64,000 nt of DNA from Terriglobia bacterium (GTDB taxonomy: Bacteria; Acidobacteriota; Terriglobia; 20CM-2-55-15): the NCBI GenBank assembly GCA_965206125.1, contig CBDBIN010000041.1:155674-219673 (forward strand), in the 5' to 3' direction. Position 1 is the first letter of the stretch. The number at the start of each line of letters is the position of its first letter. Under the pieces are notes generated by a model. It saw only the letters and a program-made list of their open reading frames with translations. It searched no databases and was not told where the DNA came from. The position numbers and the translations under genes were made by a program. Positions 18,834 to 27,666 of this stretch are shown piece by piece.

Positions 18834-19574
18834 GTGACATTAGTATCCGAGCAGAGTCAGTGTCCTTTGTGTGGAAAAAGAGTCGGTGACCGTCCGATCT
18901 TCGCTACCTGGGGAGTGTTCGGCTGGCCCGACCTAATGCGTTACTGCGATGCCGCCATGCACTGGGAATGTTACGAAGCGTGGCCGCACCGGGAGCGGTT
19001 TGCAGAGTCGTATGTCCGGTTTTCGGTCGAGTCCACCAAGGGAAACCCATACTGGGGAGAATCGCACCTCGATGACGATGTTTTTGTTTCCGTTAGCCCA
19101 TCGAGCCATGAGGTACAAGTGATGCCTATGGTAACGGGTTCACGGATTCGCGTCGGCTTTGCGGACTGGAAGTTGTGGATATCGAACCTTGACTATGCAA
19201 CACGCGGACAGAGGGACTTGGAGAGGGCAGCCATCGCCAAGGTACTGCCCCGTCTCCAGGAAAAGTTTCCCGAGCCGGATATGTTGGTACAGGCTATCGA
19301 CTGGGTTGAGAAGGATAGGATACAGCGATCCTTACAACTGGAGACTGAGCGAGCGGAGCAAGAGCGCCTTGAGGCTATCCGGCCGCACAACGAAGCGTGT
19401 CGGCGCATAGCCGAACAAAAGCCAGCTTGTCCTTATTGTGATTCGGCCGAGAACCTGGAGTTCTTAAACAAGAGTCCTGAACGCAAATCCTACTTCATCT
19501 GCCGGGTTTGCGGGAGATCCTCTCGACCTGAAGAGTTCGCGGCACAAGGACCACCCGACTGGGTGCGCAATTGA
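18834..19574 (+). CDS. Hypothetical protein with N- and C-terminal zinc-ribbon-like Cys pairs (CPLCGK...C..C ; CPYCDS...CRVCGRS)
   Basis: ORF with paired CxxC motifs at both ends and a central coiled-coil-like charged region. Confidence 0.4.
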   Translation: MTLVSEQSQCPLCGKRVGDRPIFATWGVFGWPDLMRYCDAAMHWECYEAWPHRERFAESYVRFSVESTKGNPYWGESHLDDDVFVSVSPSSHEVQVMPMVTGSRIRVGFADWKLWISNLDYATRGQRDLERAAIAKVLPRLQEKFPEPDMLVQAIDWVEKDRIQRSLQLETERAEQERLEAIRPHNEACRRIAEQKPACPYCDSAENLEFLNKSPERKSYFICRVCGRSSRPEEFAAQGPPDWVRN

Positions 19575-19576
19575 CG

Positions 19577-19860
19577 ATGATCGGCCAGACCATATCCCAC
19601 TGCAAGGTCCTCAAACAGATCGGGGGTGGAGGTATGGGCGTTGTCTACCGGGCCGAGGACACGTCCCTGGGGAGTATGTGATCAACGACGGCGGGACACT
19701 GTTCGTCTACGACCCGCGCAGCGGAGAGCGCCGAGAGCTTCAGGAGCGTCGGGGAGTGGGGTCCGATCCGAACTCCCGGGACGGCCGCTGGGACTATTAC
19801 TGGGTAACCAGCGATACTGCGGACCTCTGGCTGATCGAACTGCCCGACGACCCCCAGTAG
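19577..19860 (+). pseudogene. Deletion remnant of a kinase-TolB gene: kinase N-terminal 31 aa ([32 protein letters not shown]) followed, out of frame, by a propeller C-terminal piece (…GTLFVYDPRSGERRELQ…LWLIELPDDPQ*)
   Basis: G-loop motif [11 protein letters not shown], then a stop at 19668. ORF 19678-19860 resembles the last TolB-like blades. Confidence 0.45.
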
Positions 19861-20152
19861 TCCGAGTCCGTGTTCAGCCTTCGAGACAGTAAGTGGCCCA
19901 ATAGCGGCGACTGGTCTATCAGCCCGTCACACGCAGCATGACCTGGATGGCAAGGACTGCCAACAGAACAAGTGCACCTGCCCCGAAGAATACTTTCAGG
20001 CTTTTCATCGGCGGGAACCTCCGTTCGCTACACGCTAAGTGACATGAGGAGCAAGTTAATTCGCTGTCGCCGAGTCGGTCGAGTCATCCCCTGAGATCAA
20101 CAGTGTAGAGTCGAGGCGGTGAACCGAGGCGCTAAGAGCGCCGGTGACTCGA

Positions 20153-20788
20153 TTAGGAAGTGATTGATTCTGTCGTTGGACTCGATTGACTCGGGGGCTT
20201 TGTGCGCCAGAGTGTGTAAGTCATCAAGAGGCCGATGAGGACTATGAAGCCGCCAGCAGGGATCAAGAAGACGTCCATGTCGCCGCTTTGACGGCCCGAC
20301 CAAGCCGTGCTCAAGACCATCACGATACCCCTCAGCATCACAGCAGAGGCGACTATGGCGGTTGGCCAGTATAGATTGTCGAACGCCCGGTTCGAAGACC
20401 ACCAGATGATGCGAAGAAGCACAAGGATCACCGCGCTGTGAAAGAGAACGACTTCAAGCGTTGTGGCTAGGTCAAATCGACCATCAGGGGTGAAGAATCC
20501 ATCCGCAGCCATCTCAGTCGAGAGTGCGATGAACAAACCCAGCACCAAGAAAGTTGCGGCAAACTTGAACATAGCTCGTTCTCCGTCAGAGAGAATCGGT
20601 TGCTTCAACCCACGCCAGATCCGGCTGGCCATAACCCACGGCACCGTGCAGATCACCTCTAAGGTGTATTGAAGGGGCGAACTGTACCGTTCATGGAGGT
20701 CCCCGAGCACCTGTTCGCGCACAGCTCGTGGGAGGAGAAGTCCGGCGATTGTCTCCAGAAGTTTAGGCGGACTCGAAGTGGGTTCCAT
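20153..20788 (-). CDS. PadR-associated integral membrane protein (permease-prefix-like N-terminus LLPRAVREQVLGDLHERY, 5-6 TM helices)
   Basis: Start/stop overlap with the upstream PadR gene (ATGA at 20788) implies an operon. Confidence 0.5.
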   Translation of the reverse strand: MEPTSSPPKLLETIAGLLLPRAVREQVLGDLHERYSSPLQYTLEVICTVPWVMASRIWRGLKQPILSDGERAMFKFAATFLVLGLFIALSTEMAADGFFTPDGRFDLATTLEVVLFHSAVILVLLRIIWWSSNRAFDNLYWPTAIVASAVMLRGIVMVLSTAWSGRQSGDMDVFLIPAGGFIVLIGLLMTYTLWRTKPPSQSSPTTESITS

Positions 20789-21192
20789 CAGCTAAATTCC
20801 TCTCCCCATATCTGTCCTACGACATCACAAATGCGTTTCGCTGTAACAGCCGATTCCTGCAATGCTTGTTCACCAGCCTTTTTCAGTCGATAACAGCGTT
20901 TCGCACGTCCCCCGCGTTCCGGCGTCGGGTCCGTCATCCACGATGAGATAAGGCCCTTATCCTCCATCCGGTCCAGCGTGACGTAGATTGCACCGAGCGA
21001 TCCCCCTTTTGGCGCTGCGAGTTCACCCACCTTTGCGTGAATAGTCACGCCGTAGGCGTCGTCCCGAAGCACGAGAATCGCGGTCAACACCAACTGCTCG
21101 AACTGTCCAAGGGAGTAAGTCTTTCCCATTACTCCAACACCGTATGATAAATAGAGGACAGGGTCAAGGAAAACGGTCAGCGGTGTCTGCAT
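20788..21192 (-). CDS. PadR-family transcriptional regulator
   Basis: Winged-helix PadR signature (GQFEQLVLTAIL...GYGVTIH...GAIYVTLDRMEDKGLISS...KRCYRLT). Confidence 0.75.
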   Translation of the reverse strand: MQTPLTVFLDPVLYLSYGVGVMGKTYSLGQFEQLVLTAILVLRDDAYGVTIHAKVGELAAPKGGSLGAIYVTLDRMEDKGLISSWMTDPTPERGGRAKRCYRLKKAGEQALQESAVTAKRICDVVGQIWGEEFS

Positions 21193-21289
21193 GGGCGGGG
21201 TGTCAACGAATGGAGGGGTTGGTCGGTCGGTGTGCGATCATAGCCAGAACGCTGAAGAACATGGCGCTTGACACACTCGCCATCGGCGA

Positions 21290-21740
21290 CGGCATTGTCT
21301 TGACGAAGGAACAAACCCGAAGACGCCGAGGATGTCTTTGCTCCAATCGACAGCAACCACGACTACCTTCGGGAGTGGTTCGCGTGGGGCGACCCCGCGA
21401 AGGGCGTCGAAGCCACTCTGGATTTCATTGAACGTTCCCTGAAGCAGGACGAGGAAAAGAACGGCTTCCAATGCTGCATCCGACTGGAGGGCAAGACTAT
21501 CGCGTGATGGGGTTCGTGAAGGTCGATAAGAAGACCGAGTTAGGTTAGTGGATCGCACCGTCATGCCAAGGGCGGGGCGTAATCACGAAAGCCGCCAGAG
21601 CTCTGACCGACCACGCATTCTTAGAGTGGGGTTTGAATCGAGTCGCAATTTACGCATCCGACGCCCGAGAGGTCGAGGATGCCGCGAGTCGACTGGAAGC
21701 CTACAAAAGTGGGAAGAAACGGGCTGTCGAGGCGGTCTAG
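21290..21740 (+). pseudogene. GNAT-family N-acetyltransferase (RimJ/RimL-like) remnant with multiple stops and frameshifts
   Basis: Across frames the translation reads ...GFQCCIRLEGKTI..(stop)..GFVKVDKKTELG..(shift)..TKAARALTDHAFLEWGLNRVAIYASDAREVEDAASRLEAYKSGKKRAVEAV*. No intact ORF is in the track. Confidence 0.45.
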
Positions 21741-21821
21741 CGTTGGATCGCTGTGTCCCCGCAAATCTCCCCACAAACAAAAAGCCGGGGAAAGCTCCCC
21801 GGCTAAGTTCTTTATCATCAA

Positions 21822-21894
<73 letters not shown>

Positions 21895-22029
21895 CCGGCC
21901 CGGCATGATAGCAAACGCGGGCGGTCGGTAAAAGGGTGGTTGATTGGGGCGGCGGGTTGTCGTGTCCGGGAGCAACCGCCGACCTTGAGAGCGTTCCGGA
22001 CTTGCGATTTAGGCGGTAACAGACCGCCG

Positions 22030-22848
22030 CTACAGGGATAAGCGTCCGGTCGCGGCGTCGTAGCGCATCCGTAGGGTAATGACAGGGTTCGCGTTCTCGT
22101 GCGGCTGGATGTCTTCGTCGGTCGCGCTGACATAGAGCGAGTAGTTGCCGTCGTTGAATGACTCGCCGTTCGTATCGTCGGTATCGGCGACAAGGATATA
22201 GGCAACGTGAGAAGTCTTGCCCTCGCAGGAAGCTTCGAGGATGGGTTCGCTGTCACACGTGCATCGCCTGTCGCCGCCCTTGGCGTCGGACGCTTCCATC
22301 GCGGCCATCACCCGATCCGCAAGGCTTCCTTCCGGCTGTTCAAAGGCGCGTGCCGCGTCGTAAACCACGTCGTCGCCCGCGAGGATGTTGCCCTGGATCG
22401 AGTAGTAGATTTCCGTCCCGGAAACCTGACCCTGGACAGAGAGCGAGGCCGCTCCATTGCGACCACCGGAAAAACCGGCGCTTCGTCCTTCGAGATCGAC
22501 GATGCCGAACTGACGGCGTTCGATGTTGGGATCCCGCTGGAGCATCCGGATGATCTCATCGGGATGCGTTCCTTTCTGCAACTCATCGAAGACGAGTCGC
22601 TGGTTGGCTCGGGTCGAATCGACTCCGGCCTGACAGGCGGCGACTCCTTTTCCGGGAACGATGACGGCTTGAATGTCCATCAGTCCGGCTGCCGGGAAGC
22701 CCGCGAATCGTCCCTGTGAGACGCAAGTCGCAGATGCGATCGAAACCTGGCCGGTTGCGCGATCCACCGCGATTACGCTCCAGGTGGCAAAGGCCGAGCT
22801 ATGAAACAAGGTGATCAGAGCCAGAGCATAGATGGTGCGTTTCATGAT
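22030..22848 (-). CDS. DUF1028-family (Ntn-hydrolase-like) secreted protein
   Basis: Signal peptide MKRTIYALALITLFHSSAFA, then TWSVIAVDRATGQV, the DUF1028 N-terminal nucleophile motif. The track ORF starts 50 codons further upstream, probably spurious. Confidence 0.55.
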   Translation of the reverse strand: MMKRTIYALALITLFHSSAFATWSVIAVDRATGQVSIASATCVSQGRFAGFPAAGLMDIQAVIVPGKGVAACQAGVDSTRANQRLVFDELQKGTHPDEIIRMLQRDPNIERRQFGIVDLEGRSAGFSGGRNGAASLSVQGQVSGTEIYYSIQGNILAGDDVVYDAARAFEQPEGSLADRVMAAMEASDAKGGDRRCTCDSEPILEASCEGKTSHVAYILVADTDDTNGESFNDGNYSLYVSATDEDIQPHENANPVITLRMRYDAATGRLSL

Positions 22849-22879
22849 CGTCCAATCAGGTACGAGCAAAACCAGGCTG

Positions 22880-23137
22880 CTAAGCTTGCTCCTCTTCGGC
22901 GTCCTCGGATTTCTCTTCTTCTTCCTCCGGCATGAACGGAGCCCATTCTTCAGGTACGGCCTGCGGTCCCGGCCGCATCCCGGCGATATCGGGATCATCG
23001 CCCATCTCGGATCTCGGCTCTAGGCCCGCTTTGCGCTCTTTGGCCCGCAACCGCCTCTCTTGTTTATCGCGGGCTTTTTCCATGCGCGCCTTTTCCTTCA
23101 GGCGTTTTTGAAATGTCGGTCTCGATGGTCTTGGCAT
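22880..23137 (-). CDS. Small highly charged hypothetical protein (basic N-half, acidic C-half)
   Basis: 85-aa ORF with a KR-rich, then E-rich composition. Coding status uncertain. Confidence 0.25.
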   Translation of the reverse strand: MPRPSRPTFQKRLKEKARMEKARDKQERRLRAKERKAGLEPRSEMGDDPDIAGMRPGPQAVPEEWAPFMPEEEEEKSEDAEEEQA

Positions 23138-23461
23138 AGTGCCCCCTCGGTCTCTTCTGAAGATCCGAACGGTCTAATTTCCGTCCGCTTCACAGTCGGG
23201 ACGACTCCATGTCGTCAAGGTCACTCTCGATTCTGATTGCTGTCCAGCGACGGACGGTGCCTCCGTCCCTCGGCTGCAATGGTGCGAAATCAGGAATGCA
23301 GAGCCTGGCAACGACCACCACCTGTTCAGGTGGTCCAAGCTGTATTAGCTACTTTATAGGTTCAAAACCCTTATTGTCAACCAGTTGGCTCTGACCTGCA
23401 TCTATTCGGAGTATGAGCGACGACTCACCGGTTCTGGTCCACATCGCGCATCAGATTCTTA

Positions 23462-23830
23462 TTGCGTTTGCTATATAGCCGTGTTATCTACATAGGTATG
23501 CCACGACGACCTCTAAGCCTGTCGACAGTTACCGTGCTGCAGGCGCTCGCATCGGGTTATGCCTACGGTTTCGACGTGATGGACACCACCGGTCTCCCCA
23601 GCGGGACGGTCTATCCGATCCTCGGCCGGCTCGAACGAGCGGGCTTCATCCGCGCTAATTGGGAGGATGCGGCGGCCGCCCGGGAAGAGAAGCGACCGCC
23701 CCGGCGCTACTACGCAGTGACGCCCACTGGCGTTGCGGTCCTGGAAGAGATGCTCGAACGATATCGGGCGCTCGCGACGACACCGTTGACGATGGATGGA
23801 ACGACGAACACGGAAGGAGCCAATGGCTGA
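23462..23830 (+). CDS. PadR-family transcriptional regulator
   Basis: YGFDVMDTTGLPSGTVYPILGRLERAGFI...RRYYAVTPTG. Overlaps the start of the permease gene. Confidence 0.75.
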   Translation: MRLLYSRVIYIGMPRRPLSLSTVTVLQALASGYAYGFDVMDTTGLPSGTVYPILGRLERAGFIRANWEDAAAAREEKRPPRRYYAVTPTGVAVLEEMLERYRALATTPLTMDGTTNTEGANG

Positions 23831-26492
23831 GTCTTGGAAGGGTGAAGGCAGTCGCTTCGTCCGAGGTTGCATTGCGTTTATCCGAGCGCTGAGCGCCATC
23901 GTCCCACCCGCGCACCGGCGGGAGTGGCGCTTGGAATGGACCGCGGAGATCTATCACCGGGGACAGCGCCTCGAGCGGCACCGGAGGCTGACCCGGTGGG
24001 CGCGGCTCGACATGATCGGGCGGTGCCTGGGCGCTGTTCCGCACGCACTTTGGATCTGGAAGGAAGACTGGAGACTGGACATGTTGATTCAAGACATCCG
24101 TTATGCGATCCGAACCCACTTCAAGAAACCCGCCTTCGCACTGCTGGCCGTCGGGACGCTGGCGCTGGGGATCGGCGCGAACACGATGATATTCAGCTTC
24201 GTGAACACTGTTCTTCTCCAACCGATGAACTTCGAAGATCCAGACGGCGTTGTCTATGCCTGGGACAGCAATCCCAGCCAGGGGTTCCCGAAGTTCTCCG
24301 TGTCGCCCGCAAACTTTGTGGACTACCGGGATCAGGTCGATGCCTTTGCCGGCGTCGCCGCCTACAACCGCACCGACGCGACGCTTGTCGGGGTGGGCGA
24401 TCCCCGGAGGATTCCCGGAGCTCTCGTGACACAGGACTTCTTCGGCGTTGCGCGCACGGGGGCGGCCCTCGGCCGGGTGTTCGAGCCGGCGGAAATGACG
24501 ATCGGCAACGACGACGTCGTGATGATCAGTCACGGTTTGTGGACGCGCGAGTTCGGTTCGGATGAATCGATTGTCGGGCAAGTGTTGAACCTCGACGGCC
24601 GGATGCGAACCGTCGTCGGCGTCACGCCCGCCGAGTTCGACTTCCCGATCGGTGCGGACCTCTGGATTCCGCTGGTCTTCGATTTTGACGTCGCAGGCGC
24701 GCGCGGGGCGCACTACCTTGTCGTCATAGGACGACTCGACGACGGGCGGACGATCGAACAGGCCCAGCAACAACTCGACGTCGTAACAGCGCACCTCGAA
24801 CAGGAGTATCCGAACAGCAACACCGGCTGGACCGCTCACCTGTTCCCGGTCCACGGTGAGATCGTCGATGGGGCGCGCACCCCGTTGATTATCCTTTCCG
24901 GCGCGGTCGGTCTGGTTCTGCTGATCGCGTGCGCCAACGTCGCCAACCTCTTCCTGGCCCGCAACAGCACGCGTCGCCGCGAGTTGGCGATCCGTTACGC
25001 GATCGGCGCGGGAAGGATGCGAATCCTGCGGCAACTGCTCGCCGAGAGTCTGCTCCTGGCTGTCTGCGGTGGCCTGGCGGGACTGCTGCTCGCCTATTCG
25101 AGCGTCGGAATGCTGGTGTCGTTGATCCCTGCCGGCGTCCCGAGGCTTCAGGCCACGACCATCGATCCCAGCGTCTTGTTGTTCACGCTGCTAATCTCGC
25201 TTGCGACCGGGATCGCGTTTGGAATCGCACCCGCCGTACGCGCGGCGCGTTCGGGTTTTGGCGGTTCGCTTAGCGTGGGCGGAGCGCTGGCGGACGGGGG
25301 CCGATCGGGCCTTCGGCTGCGTAGCGGCCTGGTAGTGGTCGAAGTAGCGCTCGCGCTGGTAGTGGTCGTCGGATCCGGCCTGCTGGCACAGAGTCTCTGG
25401 CGGCTGATGTCGGTGGACCCGGGATTCGAACCGGACAATGTGGCGGTCATTGAGTTGGGCCTGCCGTCGGCACGTTATCCGGATGCCCGAGAGCGCGCAA
25501 GGTTCTACGACGACCTCACGGCGCGCATCGCTGTGCTGCCGGGAGTCCGGTCGGTCGGCGTCGTTTCAGACCTCCCGATGACCGGACAGTTCAACATTTC
25601 GTATTCGGTCGCGGGGTTTCCGCCCCTGCCTCCGGGCCAAAACCCCGGCGGCGAGATGCGCTTTGTCCATCCCGATTATTTCCAGACGATGGGGATCCCG
25701 CTCATTAGAGGTCGTGGCTTCGGGGAGAGAGACAACGCGGAGTCTCCCGATGTCGTCGTCATCAACGAAACGCTGGCGCGGGCGATGTTTCCAGACGAAG
25801 ATCCCTTGGGCCAGCGGCTCGACATCGGGTACAGGCGCACCTCCGGAACCCGCCCCCGGGAGATTGTCGGCATCGTTGCCGACGTGCGTGAGATGGGCCT
25901 GGATCGTCCGGCGCCTCCCGCCTATTACGTGCCCTACCGGCAGGACCCGATGAGCAACATGTATGTCGTCGCACGCACGGATGTGGACGCTTCGTCTTTG
26001 ATGCCGGCGATCGGGCGGGAGGTCCACGAGATGGATCCCGGTCTGGCGATCCTGACCGAACGGACGCTCGACCAGACGGTCGCGCTTTCGCTCACCGACA
26101 GGCGGATGACGGCCGGGTTCCTCGTCGGGTTCGCCCTCCTGGCGCTGGTGCTGGCCATGATCGGTGTCTACGGCGTGATGGCGTATTCGGTCGCTCAGCG
26201 GCGGAGCGAAATCGGTATCCGGATGGCTCTCGGTGCACGCGCCCAAGACGTGCTCGCCATGTTCGTTCGGAGCGGTTTCCTGGTAGCCCTCGCAGGCGTG
26301 GCTCTGGGGCTCGCAGGGGCCTTGGTGTTGACCCGCCAGCTTCAGGAAATGTTGTTCGAGGTCGAGGCCACCGACCCCATGACCTACACGTTCGTCGCCG
26401 TGCTCCTGGTTATGGTACCCGTCCTTGCCAGCCTGATCCCGGCGCGACGGGCGACTTTGACGGATCCCCTGAAGGCGCTCCGTTCCGAGTGA
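23796..26492 (+). CDS. ADOP-family (MacB/FtsX-like) ABC transporter permease with two FtsX domains and large periplasmic domains
   Basis: N-terminal prefix ...EWRLEWTAEIYHR, DIRYAIRTHFKKPAFALLAVGTLALGIGANTMIFSFVNTVLL, MacB-like periplasmic core, and a second FtsX repeat at the C-terminus (…RYAIGAGRMRILRQLL…). The true start is probably the Met at about 23823. Confidence 0.8.
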   Translation: MERRTRKEPMAESWKGEGSRFVRGCIAFIRALSAIVPPAHRREWRLEWTAEIYHRGQRLERHRRLTRWARLDMIGRCLGAVPHALWIWKEDWRLDMLIQDIRYAIRTHFKKPAFALLAVGTLALGIGANTMIFSFVNTVLLQPMNFEDPDGVVYAWDSNPSQGFPKFSVSPANFVDYRDQVDAFAGVAAYNRTDATLVGVGDPRRIPGALVTQDFFGVARTGAALGRVFEPAEMTIGNDDVVMISHGLWTREFGSDESIVGQVLNLDGRMRTVVGVTPAEFDFPIGADLWIPLVFDFDVAGARGAHYLVVIGRLDDGRTIEQAQQQLDVVTAHLEQEYPNSNTGWTAHLFPVHGEIVDGARTPLIILSGAVGLVLLIACANVANLFLARNSTRRRELAIRYAIGAGRMRILRQLLAESLLLAVCGGLAGLLLAYSSVGMLVSLIPAGVPRLQATTIDPSVLLFTLLISLATGIAFGIAPAVRAARSGFGGSLSVGGALADGGRSGLRLRSGLVVVEVALALVVVVGSGLLAQSLWRLMSVDPGFEPDNVAVIELGLPSARYPDARERARFYDDLTARIAVLPGVRSVGVVSDLPMTGQFNISYSVAGFPPLPPGQNPGGEMRFVHPDYFQTMGIPLIRGRGFGERDNAESPDVVVINETLARAMFPDEDPLGQRLDIGYRRTSGTRPREIVGIVADVREMGLDRPAPPAYYVPYRQDPMSNMYVVARTDVDASSLMPAIGREVHEMDPGLAILTERTLDQTVALSLTDRRMTAGFLVGFALLALVLAMIGVYGVMAYSVAQRRSEIGIRMALGARAQDVLAMFVRSGFLVALAGVALGLAGALVLTRQLQEMLFEVEATDPMTYTFVAVLLVMVPVLASLIPARRATLTDPLKALRSE

Positions 26493-26525
26493 CGGCAACA
26501 TCATTGATGATATCCTGACCCCGGC

Positions 26526-27046
26526 ATGAGCAGTTTCGGGGCAAGGTTCGTCGGCGCAGCGCTTCTGAGCGTTCCGATCTACGAAGAGGTGGAAGCCGAC
26601 GAAACGGCGACCAGCCAGGCTATGGCAGTCGTGGTACTCGCGGCTGTCGCCACCGGTGTCGGGGTGTGCGTGGCGGTACCAGCGGTCTTGTCGCGGGTAC
26701 CCTCGCCGCGTTGTTTGGCTGGTTCGTCTGGGCCGGCATGACGAACTTCATCGGGACCCGGTTCCTTCCCACCGAACAGACCGATAGTACCTGGGGGCAA
26801 GTGCTTCGCACGACGGGGTTTGCCGCCGCTCCCGGAGTACTTCGGATTTTCTCCGCGATTCCAATTCTCGGGATCTTCATATACATCCTCGTCGGGATAT
26901 GGATGCTGGCTGCGTTTGTGGTAGCGGTGCGGCAGGCGCTCGACTATACGAGCACGTGGCGGGCAATCGGTGTTTGCCTGGCCGGGTGGATGGTCTTCAT
27001 CGCGGTGAATCTCATCACCTTTGCTGCCCTCCAACCAGAATCCTGA
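26526..27046 (+). CDS. Hypothetical small membrane protein, probably frameshifted (two overlapping ORFs 26526-26741 and 26666-27046)
   Basis: Both ORFs are hydrophobic and overlap in different frames. Status uncertain. Confidence 0.3.
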
Positions 27047-27132
27047 TTTATTCGGCCCTTCCCCTAAAGTTTCCCCTACAGGCACCGATAAGGTGGTTAG
27101 AGAGCGTGGAATTCGCTTCGGGAGACGACACG

Positions 27133-27438
27133 ATGTACACGGAACTTTTCGGTGACTTTGGGAAACTGCTCAAGCTTGGAGTGATGGGGCGTCAGATCGA
27201 AGTTCCGGAGAAGAACACCCTGCTCCGAGGCTTCCAATACGCCTCTCCCGACACGATTTCCTACGGGCGTTTCTGCTGGAACGGCACTTGTAAGAATTGT
27301 ACGGTCACGGTTCGAAACGGTCAGCAGGAGCTACGGAGCCAGGCCTGTCAGACCGACGCCTCGGAAGGAATGCAGGTGGTCCGTCTCTCCAGGGAACTGG
27401 TCAGCCGACTCAAAACGATTGTCTCGGCAGCGGCATAA
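27133..27438 (+). CDS. Small 2Fe-2S ferredoxin-like (Fer2_4/BFD-like) protein
   Basis: C-x2-G-x-C-x2-C motif (FCWNGTCKNCTV) within a 101-aa ORF, followed by a strong intrinsic terminator. Confidence 0.35.
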   Translation: MYTELFGDFGKLLKLGVMGRQIEVPEKNTLLRGFQYASPDTISYGRFCWNGTCKNCTVTVRNGQQELRSQACQTDASEGMQVVRLSRELVSRLKTIVSAAA

Positions 27439-27465
27439 TTCTATAGATTTTACTCTACCGTCCTG

Positions 27466-27500
27466 GAGTTCGGCGGCCCCTCGGGCCGCCGATTTTTTTG
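27466..27500 (+). terminator. Rho-independent terminator (GGCGGCCCCTCGGGCCGCC stem-loop plus T7 run)
   Basis: GC-rich 8-9 bp stem with a CTCG loop, immediately followed by ATTTTTTTG. Confidence 0.65.
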
Positions 27501-27526
27501 TTGCCAGCGATTGCTCAGACGGGGAG

Positions 27527-27637
27527 TCAGCCACGGATTACACGGATTTAACGGATTGACAGAGTTCCTTTCGGACGGGCAGTCCGAACATAACTTCCTC
27601 TTCCTTCTATCCGTTAAATCCGTGCAATCCGTGGCTC
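27527..27637. promoter_or_regulatory. Long palindrome/operator-like element upstream of polX: 29-nt arms (27/29 match) each made of three ACGGATT direct repeats at 9-bp spacing, with a 51-nt loop containing a nested hairpin
   Basis: Left arm cagCCACGGATTaCACGGATTTAACGGATt. Right arm is its reverse complement (aATCCGTTAAATCCGTGcAATCCGTGGctc). The loop has TTCGGACgggcAGTCCGAA. The element lies between the terminator and the polX start at 27667. Confidence 0.6.
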
Positions 27638-27666
27638 TCTTCGTCCGTGTTACGATCAGCCACAGG

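Noticed and set aside
19923-20012. 29-codon hydrophobic minus-strand mini-ORF (MKSLKVFFGAGALVLLAVLAIQVMLRVTG)
   Set aside because: Plausible small membrane peptide, but below any reasonable confidence threshold without conservation evidence.
23655-25034. 459-aa antisense ORF overlapping the ADOP permease gene
   Set aside because: Opposite strand of a gene with a clear family signature. Translation is Arg/Pro-rich and low-complexity, typical of a GC artefact.
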